A DNA stretch of 64,000 nt from a virus. Lineage: Duplodnaviria > Caudoviricetes. Each line of letters starts with the position of its first letter. Positions within the stretch are counted from its first letter, which is position 1. The translations under genes were made by a program, and so were the position numbers. The stretch lies in IMG/VR virus record IMGVR_UViG_3300033070_001371, positions 55,216-119,215 of that record, one strand, 5' to 3'. The notes under the pieces were generated by a model, which was given only the letters and a program-made list of their open reading frames with translations, was not told where the DNA came from and ran no database searches. Below are positions 48,550 to 57,575 of this stretch, piece after piece.

Positions 48550-49036
48550 AGTCGAGCTCCACGTTCGGCGTGAGGATGTCCTGGTTCCACCACGGCGGCG
48601 TCGCTGCGATCTCTCGCAAGTAACGGTCGTAGGCGTCCAAGACGGTCTCGGTCGGCACCCCGTGCACGTTGCGGCGCGCGCACTCGACAACGATGCTGGC
48701 GCTCTCCGTGTAGAGCGCGATGATCTTGTGCTTCCACCCGTAGGCTTGCGCGAGCAAGACGTACGGCGCGACTTCGATGTTCGAGATGTTGGTGTTGTCG
48801 ATGACGATGCACTGCGAGTCACGGGCATCCAGATAGTGCATCGCCCGTCGGAAGCAGTCCCCATGCGCCTCTGCGAGCTTCGAAGGATCGAATTGGTACT
48901 CCCCCGCCTTGGTGAAGTAGTGATCGGCCGAGACGATGTCGCCTCGCGTACCTGCGAGCTCCCTAGCCTTCGTGGTTTTACCCATCCCCGACAGCCCTCG
49001 CATGATGTAGATGACTTGATTCAGCTGGCTGTTCAT
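48539..49036 (-). CDS. P-loop kinase (AAA_33 / polynucleotide-kinase-like)
   Basis: IMRGLSGMGKTT, SADHYF, IVIDNTN, RNVHGVP. Confidence 0.85.
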   Translation of the reverse strand: MNSQLNQVIYIMRGLSGMGKTTKARELAGTRGDIVSADHYFTKAGEYQFDPSKLAEAHGDCFRRAMHYLDARDSQCIVIDNTNISNIEVAPYVLLAQAYGWKHKIIALYTESASIVVECARRNVHGVPTETVLDAYDRYLREIAATPPWWNQDILTPNVELDYAR

Positions 49037-49061
49037 TCTGTTCTCCTTGTTGTGCTTGTTG

Positions 49062-49385
49062 TTACTGCGTGGAAAGTTCAGCCCACCACTCGGGGCGTGA
49101 AGCAGGGCGCTCCAAGTCGGTGTAGAGCCTGAGATTCTTCTCGAAGGCGGCGTCATGCTCCGGCATCAGAGCCTGAATAGCCTGTTTCACCTTAGAGAGG
49201 TCTCCGAGAGCTTTGATCACCACGCGTCCCGCGACGTAGTGCCAGTCCACGGGCTGGCCACTCGCCTCTGCGAGCTTCTTGACCCACGCCTCTACGTCGG
49301 TCGCGAACAATGTGTGAGTGACGAAAACAACCTCCCCTTCTTCGTAAATTTTCGGATCACACGGAGGTAGGTCCTCAGCCAGCAA
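49062..49385 (-). CDS. Hypothetical protein
   Basis: AAGGAG SD; SGQPVDWHYVAGR. Confidence 0.6.
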   Translation of the reverse strand: MLAEDLPPCDPKIYEEGEVVFVTHTLFATDVEAWVKKLAEASGQPVDWHYVAGRVVIKALGDLSKVKQAIQALMPEHDAAFEKNLRLYTDLERPASRPEWWAELSTQ

Positions 49386-49839
49386 CAGGCTCCTTGTTGA
49401 AAACGTACAGTTCGTTAAAAGTTGCGCCCCGCTGCACCCTCAACCCCATTTTATCGAGGCGCGAGAAGAGATCGTGCACTAAGTCCGGGTACTTGTGTTG
49501 ATCGAGGTATCCCAAGATCGGGCAAGCCTCGAAGTCCATGACAAGCACGATGTTGCTGTCCGGCGGACCTGGGCGGAAGATCTCTCCGCCAAGGCAGTGA
49601 TACGCAGCAAGCCACGCGCGCACTTCAGTGGCGATTTTGTGAATACGTTGTAGAGAAGCGAGCCACGTGCGCGCGATGCTCAGCGTCACCACCTCACATC
49701 GCAGCTCATGACCCGCTCGATTCTCCGGTGCGCGCAGCATGATCACGGCATAGCCATCCCCTCTGCGCTCGATGCCGTACTCTCGCCCCGTCCGCAGCAC
49801 AGCCCCTGCGGCTTCCGCGAAGGCTTCTTGATACAGCAT
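49375..49839 (-). CDS. Hypothetical protein
   Basis: Abuts upstream gene. Confidence 0.55.
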   Translation of the reverse strand: MLYQEAFAEAAGAVLRTGREYGIERRGDGYAVIMLRAPENRAGHELRCEVVTLSIARTWLASLQRIHKIATEVRAWLAAYHCLGGEIFRPGPPDSNIVLVMDFEACPILGYLDQHKYPDLVHDLFSRLDKMGLRVQRGATFNELYVFNKEPVAG

Positions 49840-50583
49840 TCAGACCCCGCATGTCCCGTCGCGCCGACAACGACCTTCCCGGCACACTGCGCCAGTGCAG
49901 CACGCCTCTCCAACACCGCCGCACGTGCAAGCCCCCTCAGCGTTGCACGAGAGGCCAACCCCGCACGTGCCGCCTGGATTGCGGGCGACGAGCATGCTGC
50001 CTCCGCTGGTCACGGTTCCAACGCCGTTGCCGCAGCACGCCTGTCCCGCACTTCCGCACCCGATACAGTACTGGAAAGTACTGCCCGCTGCCGCGACGCA
50101 CGTCAGTCCAGGATTGCAACGATTACCAGCGACGCAGCACTCAGTGTCGTTGGTGCCACAGCGATTGCAAGCGCCGCGAGCGCAGACCCCGCCGGTGCAG
50201 CCGGTGCCGTCACGAAGGTTGCGAATGCCGCACGCACCCCCTTCGCAAGTGGCTTCTTGGCATTCAGGAACGCTCGGCGCCGGACAACGCACGCACGCCG
50301 AGTTCGATCCGCACGCCACGGGCGTGGAGGGGACGCAGGTCGCGCCCAGAAAGCAGCCGTTGCAAGCTGAGGAGGCATCCTCGCGCGCGTCCGGCGCAGA
50401 AGCCGCGTCCCCCGTAGGTGCCGCGTCCGCTTGCACAGCCGCGTCGTCAGTGACGATCGGTTGAGCCTCCGAAGAGGCGTCGCCCATCTCTTCTTCATCG
50501 AGAGGGCTGGTCGCAACGCCGCAAGCGGCGAGCAACGTGCAGATGATCCAGAGGGTGAAGACCTTTTTGATCAGTGAGTTCAT
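49840..50583 (-). CDS. Cys-rich lipoprotein (myxobacterial style)
   Basis: AAGGAGG SD; signal peptide with lipobox LAAC; DA-rich linker; repeated CG..G..CC....C..GL.C units. Confidence 0.75.
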   Translation of the reverse strand: MNSLIKKVFTLWIICTLLAACGVATSPLDEEEMGDASSEAQPIVTDDAAVQADAAPTGDAASAPDAREDASSACNGCFLGATCVPSTPVACGSNSACVRCPAPSVPECQEATCEGGACGIRNLRDGTGCTGGVCARGACNRCGTNDTECCVAGNRCNPGLTCVAAAGSTFQYCIGCGSAGQACCGNGVGTVTSGGSMLVARNPGGTCGVGLSCNAEGACTCGGVGEACCTGAVCREGRCRRDGTCGV

Positions 50584-50679
50584 GTTGTCCTCCTTGGTGG
50601 GCAGGTACATTCTTGTCTATGTTCTTGTACCGCGCTGCAACCCAGGTTTACGGCGTATAAGGCGTATCTGTGCGCTTTG

Positions 50680-50970
50680 TCACAGTTCGTCCTTTGACGG
50701 AGTGGAAAAAGGGTCCGGCGTCGAACGAGAAGAGTGCCAGTCGACCACCTCCCGTGTCTCTTCGTCGATCTTCGACATGTCGATCTGCGCGTAGAGCGCG
50801 AACAGCTGATCAAAGTTATGTGGAACTGGGTGCGAAGGATCTTTCGCCGAGAGCGCCCAGCCGTTAGCACTCAACCAATCAACGAAGTTGTTGAGGCTGA
50901 CATAGTCCAAGTCCTCCTTCGCCGCGCGCAGCTTGTCTAGCTCCGGGGTACTAGGCCGTGTCGTCTTCAT
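50680..50970 (-). CDS. Hypothetical protein
   Basis: Overlaps upstream stop. Confidence 0.55.
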   Translation of the reverse strand: MKTTRPSTPELDKLRAAKEDLDYVSLNNFVDWLSANGWALSAKDPSHPVPHNFDQLFALYAQIDMSKIDEETREVVDWHSSRSTPDPFSTPSKDEL

Positions 50971-51469
50971 CGTCCTCGTCCTCTTCATCAGGTTGAAGCA
51001 ACTCGTCGATGTCGCCAAGCTCCTCGTACACGTCAGCCTGGAACGCGAGAAAAGCGGCATAAGCTAGATCAGAGCCAGCCTCTTGTGCGGCCTCGATGTT
51101 ATCTGTGTACGTCAACACACTACGCTGATTCGCAGTGTTTTGCAGCCGCGAACTGCCATCGCAGCTTTCGTGGATGAACCGCTCGATACCTCGGCGCGTA
51201 TCGAGTTCGCCACTTTTGACGCGCTCGCGGACGTCGTCTGCGATCAGCCTCACGTCCGCTTTGTAGTCCTCCTTCAACAAGGCGTGAGCCGCTTCGAGCG
51301 GAGACAACTCAATCGTCATCAACCAGCGGGGCTTCGGGCCGAATTCAGAATGATGCACCTGCTTGATCAACTCCGCCCCCTCATAACGAATGCGCTGCGG
51401 GTCACCGTTGCTGTCGCGCTCCAAAACTTCAGCCCTGACTACGTGCCCATTCAGATCAATCTTCTCCAT
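50951..51469 (-). CDS. Acidic hypothetical protein (possible DNA mimic)
   Basis: AGGAGGAG SD; Asp/Glu-rich C-terminus. Confidence 0.6.
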   Translation of the reverse strand: MEKIDLNGHVVRAEVLERDSNGDPQRIRYEGAELIKQVHHSEFGPKPRWLMTIELSPLEAAHALLKEDYKADVRLIADDVRERVKSGELDTRRGIERFIHESCDGSSRLQNTANQRSVLTYTDNIEAAQEAGSDLAYAAFLAFQADVYEELGDIDELLQPDEEDEDDEDDTA

Positions 51470-51563
51470 GTGTGCTCCTCCTAAATGCGTGTGGCCCGCG
51501 AGCACCATGCTCGCGAGCCACACGCTCGAACGCACACTTGTACCGCGTTACACGCGGGAGTTC

Positions 51564-51761
51564 TCAGGCTGTAGCGGCCTTCTCGATCTTGGCGAAGACG
51601 CCCTGGAGCTTCTTCAGGGTCGCGACGTCCTCGACCTTGCTGGCCACCTGCCGGCCGAGCTTCTTGTTGTCTGCCAACGCCCAGTATGTGACCTTGTCGC
51701 CGACCTTGGAGATCGAGTAGACGTTCTTGCCGATCTTGAGTTGGATCTTGAGTTCCAGCAT
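51564..51761 (-). CDS. Small basic protein
   Basis: AGGAG SD; Lys-rich; strong codon bias. Confidence 0.6.
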   Translation of the reverse strand: MLELKIQLKIGKNVYSISKVGDKVTYWALADNKKLGRQVASKVEDVATLKKLQGVFAKIEKAATA

Positions 51762-51893
51762 GGTGTGTAAAGTCTCCTGGTTGAGGAAGATACCTTCAGG
51801 CGTCGCCAAAAGAAAGGGACCCGTCAAGAAACATATCGAGGTAGGCCTTCAGCTCCGCAAGCGCGCAACGGTAGAACTGCTCGTTGCGCGTGA

Positions 51894-52439
51894 TCATCGC
51901 ACGAACGCCAGCTGGAGCAGGATCTTGTCACCGGCGGCCTCGACACCCATCGAAGCGTTGTGCCGATCGGCGAGTCGCGTGATCGTCTGGAAGTCGCTGT
52001 CGGTCAGGCGGTCGAGCTCAAAGACGAGCTTGTACGCCGTATAGGACTGCGGAGGTGGCGTCTTCGCCGCCTCTTCAGCGTCTACCGCGCCATCGTCGCG
52101 CTGCGCGCGCAGTGCCGCCATCAGCGCCGTCTCCGTGGGCGTAACTTCGTGGGTCTCCTTCCACAGCGACGCGGGGCCGCGCAGTGTCTCCGTCGGCGCG
52201 CGCCAGCGCAGACGCTGGCTCGTCTTCTCAGCTGGACCTGCACGGAAGTTCTTGAGGGCTTCGTCAGAAGAGAGATCGACCTCCTCGGACAACATGCCGT
52301 TGTCGACGTCTTCGTCGCGCTCCCACATGTCGCCATCGAACAGCGCGTTGAGCGCAGCGGCGCAGTGCGGGAACTCGGGCGTCACGAGGACGGAGTTGGG
52401 GTGGCGGGCTTGATAGATGGAGCGTGCTTCAGGGTTCAT
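51894..52439 (-). CDS. Hypothetical protein
   Basis: ORF; start uncertain (52439 or 52484). Confidence 0.55.
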   Translation of the reverse strand: MNPEARSIYQARHPNSVLVTPEFPHCAAALNALFDGDMWERDEDVDNGMLSEEVDLSSDEALKNFRAGPAEKTSQRLRWRAPTETLRGPASLWKETHEVTPTETALMAALRAQRDDGAVDAEEAAKTPPPQSYTAYKLVFELDRLTDSDFQTITRLADRHNASMGVEAAGDKILLQLAFVR

Positions 52440-52482
52440 GGTGGTAGTAGTTTCCGTTACGAGGTAAACTTGATCAAGTCTC

Positions 52483-53031
52483 ATGTTTGGACATCAGATC
52501 CTCCGTCCTGTACGCGTCCAGCTCCTCGCGTCTATCGCCTGCGACATAGAGTGGGACGACGTCCGCTACGTCGCCAAGGTCTTCAACGTTGACTACCCCA
52601 GCCGCGAAGCGTATCGACAGGAGTACCTCCACAAGTTCGTGGAGCATTACGAAAGGACCGAGCCCATGACGAAGGAAGACATCATCGAGCTGGCGGCCAA
52701 GACCGCACACACCATGAACAACGAGTACCGCAAGGCGCTCGACGAAGCCGTCAAGCCTGCATGGGAGGACTGCCCTGACGAGCTCAAGCGCAGCGTGCGC
52801 GCGGGCGTCGAGGGCATCCTCGCGGGCAACACGCCGGAAGCGAGCCACGAGGGCTGGCTGACGTTCAAGGCGCAGCACGGCTGGAGCTACGGCGAGGTCG
52901 AAGATCCCGTCGAGAAGACCCACCCGTGCATGCTGCCATACGCCCAGCTGCCGCCGGCCCAGCGCCTCAAGGACACGATCTTCCACAGCGTCGTGCGCGG
53001 AGTGCTGCTCAAGCACGGCCTGATGCAGTGA
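52483..53031 (+). CDS. RyR-domain protein (alternative start 52666)
   Basis: SHEGWLTFKAQHGWSYG...KTHPCMLPYAQLP...KD. Confidence 0.75.
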   Translation: MFGHQILRPVRVQLLASIACDIEWDDVRYVAKVFNVDYPSREAYRQEYLHKFVEHYERTEPMTKEDIIELAAKTAHTMNNEYRKALDEAVKPAWEDCPDELKRSVRAGVEGILAGNTPEASHEGWLTFKAQHGWSYGEVEDPVEKTHPCMLPYAQLPPAQRLKDTIFHSVVRGVLLKHGLMQ

Positions 53032-53049
53032 CCTTCACACAGGTGCCCT

Positions 53050-53439
53050 ATGCCCTCGGCTCCCATCCCAATGTCCCAATGGGGCAAAGACCACTGGTCG
53101 ACGTTCGCGTACATCGAGACGCGCATCACCGACCACAAGGGCGTGCCAAACAAGCAGCACATGCGCTGCGATCCAAAGCTGCACCCTGCGCACGCGCACG
53201 AAGGCAGCCACATGGGACCTCCGGCCCCAACGCGGCTACGCGACGGCGAGCTACCGAACCACGACGACTGGTCTTGCTTGGAGGATGCCGAAGCTGCGGG
53301 CCTGCTCACGAACAACGGCACAGGGATGTTTCCAGTGTACGTGCTCACCGACAAGGGCGGGGAGGTCACCGACGCCCTGCGCAAGCACAAACGACAAGGT
53401 GGCAGCTTCGGGAACTTCCGCTACCCTGCGCATTCATGA
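53050..53439 (+). CDS. Hypothetical protein
   Basis: WGKDHWSTFAYIE; HDDWSCLED. Confidence 0.6.
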   Translation: MPSAPIPMSQWGKDHWSTFAYIETRITDHKGVPNKQHMRCDPKLHPAHAHEGSHMGPPAPTRLRDGELPNHDDWSCLEDAEAAGLLTNNGTGMFPVYVLTDKGGEVTDALRKHKRQGGSFGNFRYPAHS

Positions 53440-53756
53440 GCGCCAAGAAGAAAGCCGTCCGTGCCGCGTTTCGTGATGCCGTGTTCAAACGAGATGAGCA
53501 TCGTTGCGTCATGTGCGGCGCTTCGGGCGTTCCGCTCGACGCGCACCACATCCACCCGCGCGAAGACATGCCGAACGGCGGCTACGTAGCTACCAACGGC
53601 ATCACGCTGTGCGACACCGAAGACGGCTGCCACGCGAAGGCTGAGGCCGTGCTCCAGGGTCGCGGGGACCATCCGGGGTATGAACCCGAGGCGCTCTTCC
53701 ACAAAATCAATTCCAGCCTCGACCAAGCACGCAGCGCTGCCGCTAAGTTGAAGTGA
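53436..53756 (+). CDS. HNH endonuclease
   Basis: RDEHRCVMCG...AHHI...NGITLC...CH. Confidence 0.8.
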   Translation: MSAKKKAVRAAFRDAVFKRDEHRCVMCGASGVPLDAHHIHPREDMPNGGYVATNGITLCDTEDGCHAKAEAVLQGRGDHPGYEPEALFHKINSSLDQARSAAAKLK

Positions 53757-53940
53757 CATGAAGAAACGCAAGCCCCGGCACAAGGATCGGCACCTCATCC
53801 CACCGGCAAACACAGTGCCGCGCGATTACGACTGCACGTGCGACTGCCACGACGGTGTAACGAAGTTTGAGTTCATGCCGTGCTGCAAGCACTGTGGCAA
53901 AGTCCGAGCGGACTGGCCTGACGGAGCAGATCGCAGCGCG

Positions 53941-54234
53941 CTATAGCTCGGTCAGCGTTTGCGCTACGTCGAACGCCTCAGCTTCATCGACATGCGCGTC
54001 GAGGCGCCTGTTCATCTCTCTCTGACGGTGGCACGTAGCGCACACCAGCTCGCACTTCAGCAACTCCGTGTCGAGCACTGCTCGTGTGCCGCTGAGCAGA
54101 TCTGAGATGTTCGCGACCTTGACGCCGCGCACATGGTCGAAGTCCATCGCGTCCGAGGGGAACGTGCCGCCACAGTCCGTGCAAGGCTCGGCCTTGAGGC
54201 TGTCAACGTAGAGCTTGTTAGCGATGCGGCTCAC
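53941..54234 (-). CDS. HNH endonuclease (same subfamily as 43955-44350)
   Basis: CTDCG...DFDHV...KCELVCATCH. Confidence 0.75.
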   Translation of the reverse strand: MSRIANKLYVDSLKAEPCTDCGGTFPSDAMDFDHVRGVKVANISDLLSGTRAVLDTELLKCELVCATCHRQREMNRRLDAHVDEAEAFDVAQTLTEL

Positions 54235-54265
54235 AAAGAGAGTCTATACGCGGTAAACTAGCTGC

Positions 54266-54613
54266 ATGTCACGCTACACCCGAGCAGTGCTGTTCTTCGG
54301 CTGCTACGTCCCCTCCGTCGACTTCGAGCGCCTTGTCCAAGTTCCAGAGCTCAAGGCATTCACGTCACAAGACTTGAAGCGCTTCTCCTGGAATTCAGCT
54401 CCAGTCGAGCACCACAGAGTCTATATCTGGAACCTCGGAGAAGACGGAGGATGGGCGATTAGCTCCACAGTGCCAGAAGAAGTAGGACCCATTGAAAAAC
54501 CGCTCGACGCATTCGCAGGTGATCGAGACTTCCTGCTGCGTGTCGCTCGCGCAGCTTACCCAGACCACGAAGTGTCATATGTTGGGTGGCAAGTCGCCTT
54601 GGGGTACTATTGA
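54266..54613 (+). CDS. Hypothetical protein
   Basis: TAAACT 6 nt before ATG. Confidence 0.55.
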   Translation: MSRYTRAVLFFGCYVPSVDFERLVQVPELKAFTSQDLKRFSWNSAPVEHHRVYIWNLGEDGGWAISSTVPEEVGPIEKPLDAFAGDRDFLLRVARAAYPDHEVSYVGWQVALGYY

Positions 54614-54628
54614 AATCAGGAGACGAAC

Positions 54629-55075
54629 ATGCACGAACCAATTCAACGCCACGCCAACATCGGAGCCCTCGCCGCCGGCTGCTTCCATCCGATCGGAAAT
54701 CGTTCAACAACAACCGGTCCGAACCTTCTCACCGTCAGCGGCGCGAAGTTCAAGGAGCTTCTGAAGAAGGGGCTGACGGCCTACCAAAAACGTACAAACA
54801 TGTACGCGGGGGCCGCAGAAGTCGAAGCAACGCCTGACGCGGGACAAGATTCGCTTCTCGATCCCACGCGCGCGATGGACGCCGCCGTTCGACGCGCAGG
54901 AGGCCGAGATGCGATGCGCGGAAGCGAAATTTACCGCAACGTGCTGCAAAACGAGATGAAGGTCGTCGAAGAACTATTCACCACGATCGACGACCTCATC
55001 AACGTCGATGAGGTGTACGTCTTGTCGATCGGACAAGTTCGCGACCTCGTCGTGCACGGGATTCTACCTACGTGA
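54629..55075 (+). CDS. Hypothetical protein
   Basis: AGGAG SD. Confidence 0.6.
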   Translation: MHEPIQRHANIGALAAGCFHPIGNRSTTTGPNLLTVSGAKFKELLKKGLTAYQKRTNMYAGAAEVEATPDAGQDSLLDPTRAMDAAVRRAGGRDAMRGSEIYRNVLQNEMKVVEELFTTIDDLINVDEVYVLSIGQVRDLVVHGILPT

Positions 55076-55500
55076 TGCCGTCCGCAGCAGGCCTCGCGCT
55101 TCTCCTTCACTTCTGGGGCGACTACGTCCTCCAAAGCGACTGGATGGCCCAGCAGAAAACCACCCAAAGCCTGCCTGCACTTGCGCACGCGTTGGTGTAC
55201 ACCGCTGCGTTCTTGCCGTTGGTGCTGTGGCTTCGGTTGCCTCACGCATGGGGCGCGCTCGCAGTCATCGGAGGGTCGCACTACGTGATCGACCGTTGGC
55301 GGCTCGCCCGCTATCTCTGCTACGCCAAGAACTTCTTGGCTCCCCGCTCAGCGTGGCCAAAGCCGTGGAAGGAGTGCTCGGCCACGGGCTACAACCCAGA
55401 CCGTCCTCCGTGGCTCGCCGTGTGGCTGCTGATCATCGCAGACAACACTCTGCACGTGACGATCAACACCGTCGCGTTGTGGTGGGCGCAATTCGCTTGA
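55072..55500 (+). CDS. DUF3307-like membrane protein
   Basis: LLHFWGDYVLQSDWMA..K, HALVY, HYVIDR, ADNTLH. Confidence 0.75.
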   Translation: MMPSAAGLALLLHFWGDYVLQSDWMAQQKTTQSLPALAHALVYTAAFLPLVLWLRLPHAWGALAVIGGSHYVIDRWRLARYLCYAKNFLAPRSAWPKPWKECSATGYNPDRPPWLAVWLLIIADNTLHVTINTVALWWAQFA

Positions 55501-55525
55501 CAGCGCAGTTTCACGCCGCCATTCT
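55497..55525 (+). promoter_or_regulatory. Sigma70-like promoter for the tRNA cluster
   Basis: TTGACA-17 nt-CATTCT upstream of tRNA-Asn. Confidence 0.45.
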
Positions 55526-55615
55526 TAGTATCCAGAGACGAAGCCATGTCCATCTCGCTCGCCACCTCGAAGAATCGCACCGCCGTGGGTTTGCCCACGG
55601 CAGCGATCCCTTCAC

Positions 55616-55687
55616 GGGGCGGTAGCTCAGTGGCAGAGCGTCGGGCCGTTAACCCGATGGTCGTGGGTTCGACTCCCTCCCGCCTCG
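55616..55687 (+). tRNA. tRNA-Asn(GTT)
   Basis: GGGGCGG/CCGCCTC acceptor, TAGCTCAG D-arm, TCGGG-CCGTTAA-CCCGA, GGTTCGACTCC; G73. Confidence 0.85.
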
Positions 55688-55752
55688 CCCAGTTCCCCGC
55701 GCAGCATCGACAGCAGTATCAGGCGCAATAGCGCTGATACTGCTTTTTGCAT

Positions 55753-55824
55753 TCCGGGGGTCGTCTAACGGCAGGACGCGAGATTCTGGCTCTCGCTGTG
55801 AGGGTTCGATTCCTTCCCCCGGAG
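55753..55824 (+). tRNA. tRNA-Gln(CTG)
   Basis: TCCGGGG/CCCCGGA acceptor (U1-A72, G73), CGAGA-TTCTGGC-TCTCG, GGTTCGATTCC. Confidence 0.85.
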
Positions 55825-55828
55825 CTAC

Positions 55829-55911
55829 GGACCAGTGCATCCGAGCGGCAAAGGGGCGTGGCTGTAAACCACGCGGCACAGCCTACGGGGGTTCGAGTCC
55901 CTCCTGGTCCA
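55829..55911 (+). tRNA. tRNA-Tyr(GTA)
   Basis: GGACCAG/CTGGTCC-A, CGTGG-CTGTAAA-CCACG, long variable arm, GGTTCGAGTCC. Confidence 0.9.
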
Positions 55912-55914
55912 TCT

Positions 55915-56364
55915 TTACGCAAGCGCCGCCTTTACGCGGTAGATCGCGCGCACCGTTACCTTGTATCTCGCTGCCAAAACACGGGCGGATACACCTTGTG
56001 CGAGTTCTGCTTTGATACTCGAACGAGGCAAGATTACACGTCCCGGTCCCGCAGTGGCTAGCGCGCGATCAATCTGTGCTTGCCTCCGCGCTCCCATCAT
56101 CGGGCGCAACACCTTCATCAAGGCCACCGCGCGAACACCGCGCAGAACAGCGACATACAGGTCTTTGTGACGAGGGTTCTTCTTACTTCGGCGCGCACAA
56201 TACACACTGACGCCACCCATCAACGCAGCGGCACGTTTCACCACATCTTCATCAGTCATCTGAAGAGAGACGCGTACAGGTCGTCGCGCAGAAGGCACGG
56301 CAGCAATAAAAGAGCCTTCTCCTTCAAGAAGACCTGCAAGCCACGCAACATTGGAATCAGCCAT
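55915..56364 (-). CDS. Free-standing LAGLIDADG-type homing endonuclease with C-terminal HTH
   Basis: AWLAGLLEGEGSF...LQMTDEDVV; ARVLAARYKVTVRAIYRV. Confidence 0.8.
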   Translation of the reverse strand: MADSNVAWLAGLLEGEGSFIAAVPSARRPVRVSLQMTDEDVVKRAAALMGGVSVYCARRSKKNPRHKDLYVAVLRGVRAVALMKVLRPMMGARRQAQIDRALATAGPGRVILPRSSIKAELAQGVSARVLAARYKVTVRAIYRVKAALA

Positions 56365-56372
56365 AGGGCATT

Positions 56373-56705
56373 CTACTTCATGCGCTCGAAGGCGACGCCC
56401 GCGAAGGTGTCGTCGCCCGTGGCGTTCACGGCGCGGAAGATCGCCACGTCCACGTCGCCAAACGCGGCGACGAACCACGTGACGTTCGGCTGTCGCACGT
56501 ACGCGATGTGCCACGCGCCGTTCTCATAGAACGAACGCCAGGGGGCGCCGCCGAAGAGCACGAAGGCGGCTTCCTCGACGTCCCAACGCCGCTCCTGCGC
56601 AGTCGAATCAGGTGTGGGAGTGGGAATGGCGGTGAAGCGCGAGCGGCCATGCAGGCCCGGACGGATGGAGTCCATACCTATCAGCGTAGGCAGAAACACA
56701 GGCAA
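56373..56705 (-). CDS. Hypothetical protein
   Basis: ORF; start uncertain. Confidence 0.45.
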   Translation of the reverse strand: MPVFLPTLIGMDSIRPGLHGRSRFTAIPTPTPDSTAQERRWDVEEAAFVLFGGAPWRSFYENGAWHIAYVRQPNVTWFVAAFGDVDVAIFRAVNATGDDTFAGVAFERMK

Positions 56706-56735
56706 AAGAAGCAGATGCGGGCCTCAGCCCTCTGT

Positions 56736-57575
56736 TCATGCGTGTGAATCCAGGGTCAAAGCCGTACGGTCGTACAAGGCCGGCGGAAGAGCGCGCTGCG
56801 CATGACTGACGATTTCGTGCGCCTTGTGTCTCTTCGAGAAGTGCATGAGCACGAGATTCTCAGTCTTCTCGAAGAGCTCGGCGTTAGCCGCGATCTCATC
56901 GAGATGGACGTGTCCATGGCTGCGCGCCTTCTCGACCGGTACGTCGGACCCAACGTACGTGCACTCCAGCACGAGAGTCTTGGCCGCACGCACCAACTGA
57001 CCTGTCACACCCTCGATGCGCGTGTCGCCGCTGTACGCGAACTCAACGGTCTCGATGACTTCGTCGACCTCAACGCCACGCCCGCGCAGCTCGCCGAGCT
57101 CGACGCCCGAAGCCGTGCGATACGCGTCCTTGAGCTTGCGCTTGGTGCTCACGATTGCGTAGCCGAACGACGGCACACGGTGCTCGGTGGGGAACGGTAC
57201 GACGTAAAGATCAGGTCGCAGGCGTACGCGCGCGCCGTCGCCGACCGCAACGACGTTACGCGCAACCTCTCCGCCACGATCCAGCGCCTCACACGCCCGA
57301 AAGTAGTCGTGCAGCGCCCCGACGAACATGTGCGGCACACCATACGTGCCGACGCGACGTGCGGCGAAGTGCTGGATCGTTGCGTGCTGCCAGATGCCGT
57401 TCATGTGGTCCATGTGCGTGTGCGACAGGAACACGTGCTGCGCGGCGAGCGAGACGTCGTCGCAGTGGCCCATGTCAAACACGACGCCGAGTCCTGGCAA
57501 CGCTACGCGCGTGCGCAGACCTGCCACCGAGATCACATCGAGCGTGCCGAGCGTTTTGCCGAGGTCGAGCTGCAT
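56736..57575 (-). CDS. rnz: Ribonuclease Z-like metallo-beta-lactamase (short tRNase Z)
   Basis: FDMG, SHTHMDH, TEHRVPSFGY, exosite KLK...G.EL..L, YSGDT, LECT, HGHVH, MHFS.RH. Confidence 0.85.
   Translation of the reverse strand: MQLDLGKTLGTLDVISVAGLRTRVALPGLGVVFDMGHCDDVSLAAQHVFLSHTHMDHMNGIWQHATIQHFAARRVGTYGVPHMFVGALHDYFRACEALDRGGEVARNVVAVGDGARVRLRPDLYVVPFPTEHRVPSFGYAIVSTKRKLKDAYRTASGVELGELRGRGVEVDEVIETVEFAYSGDTRIEGVTGQLVRAAKTLVLECTYVGSDVPVEKARSHGHVHLDEIAANAELFEKTENLVLMHFSKRHKAHEIVSHAQRALPPALYDRTALTLDSHA

Noticed and set aside
55546-56061. Small ORFs across the tRNA cluster
   Set aside because: They overlap well-formed tRNA genes
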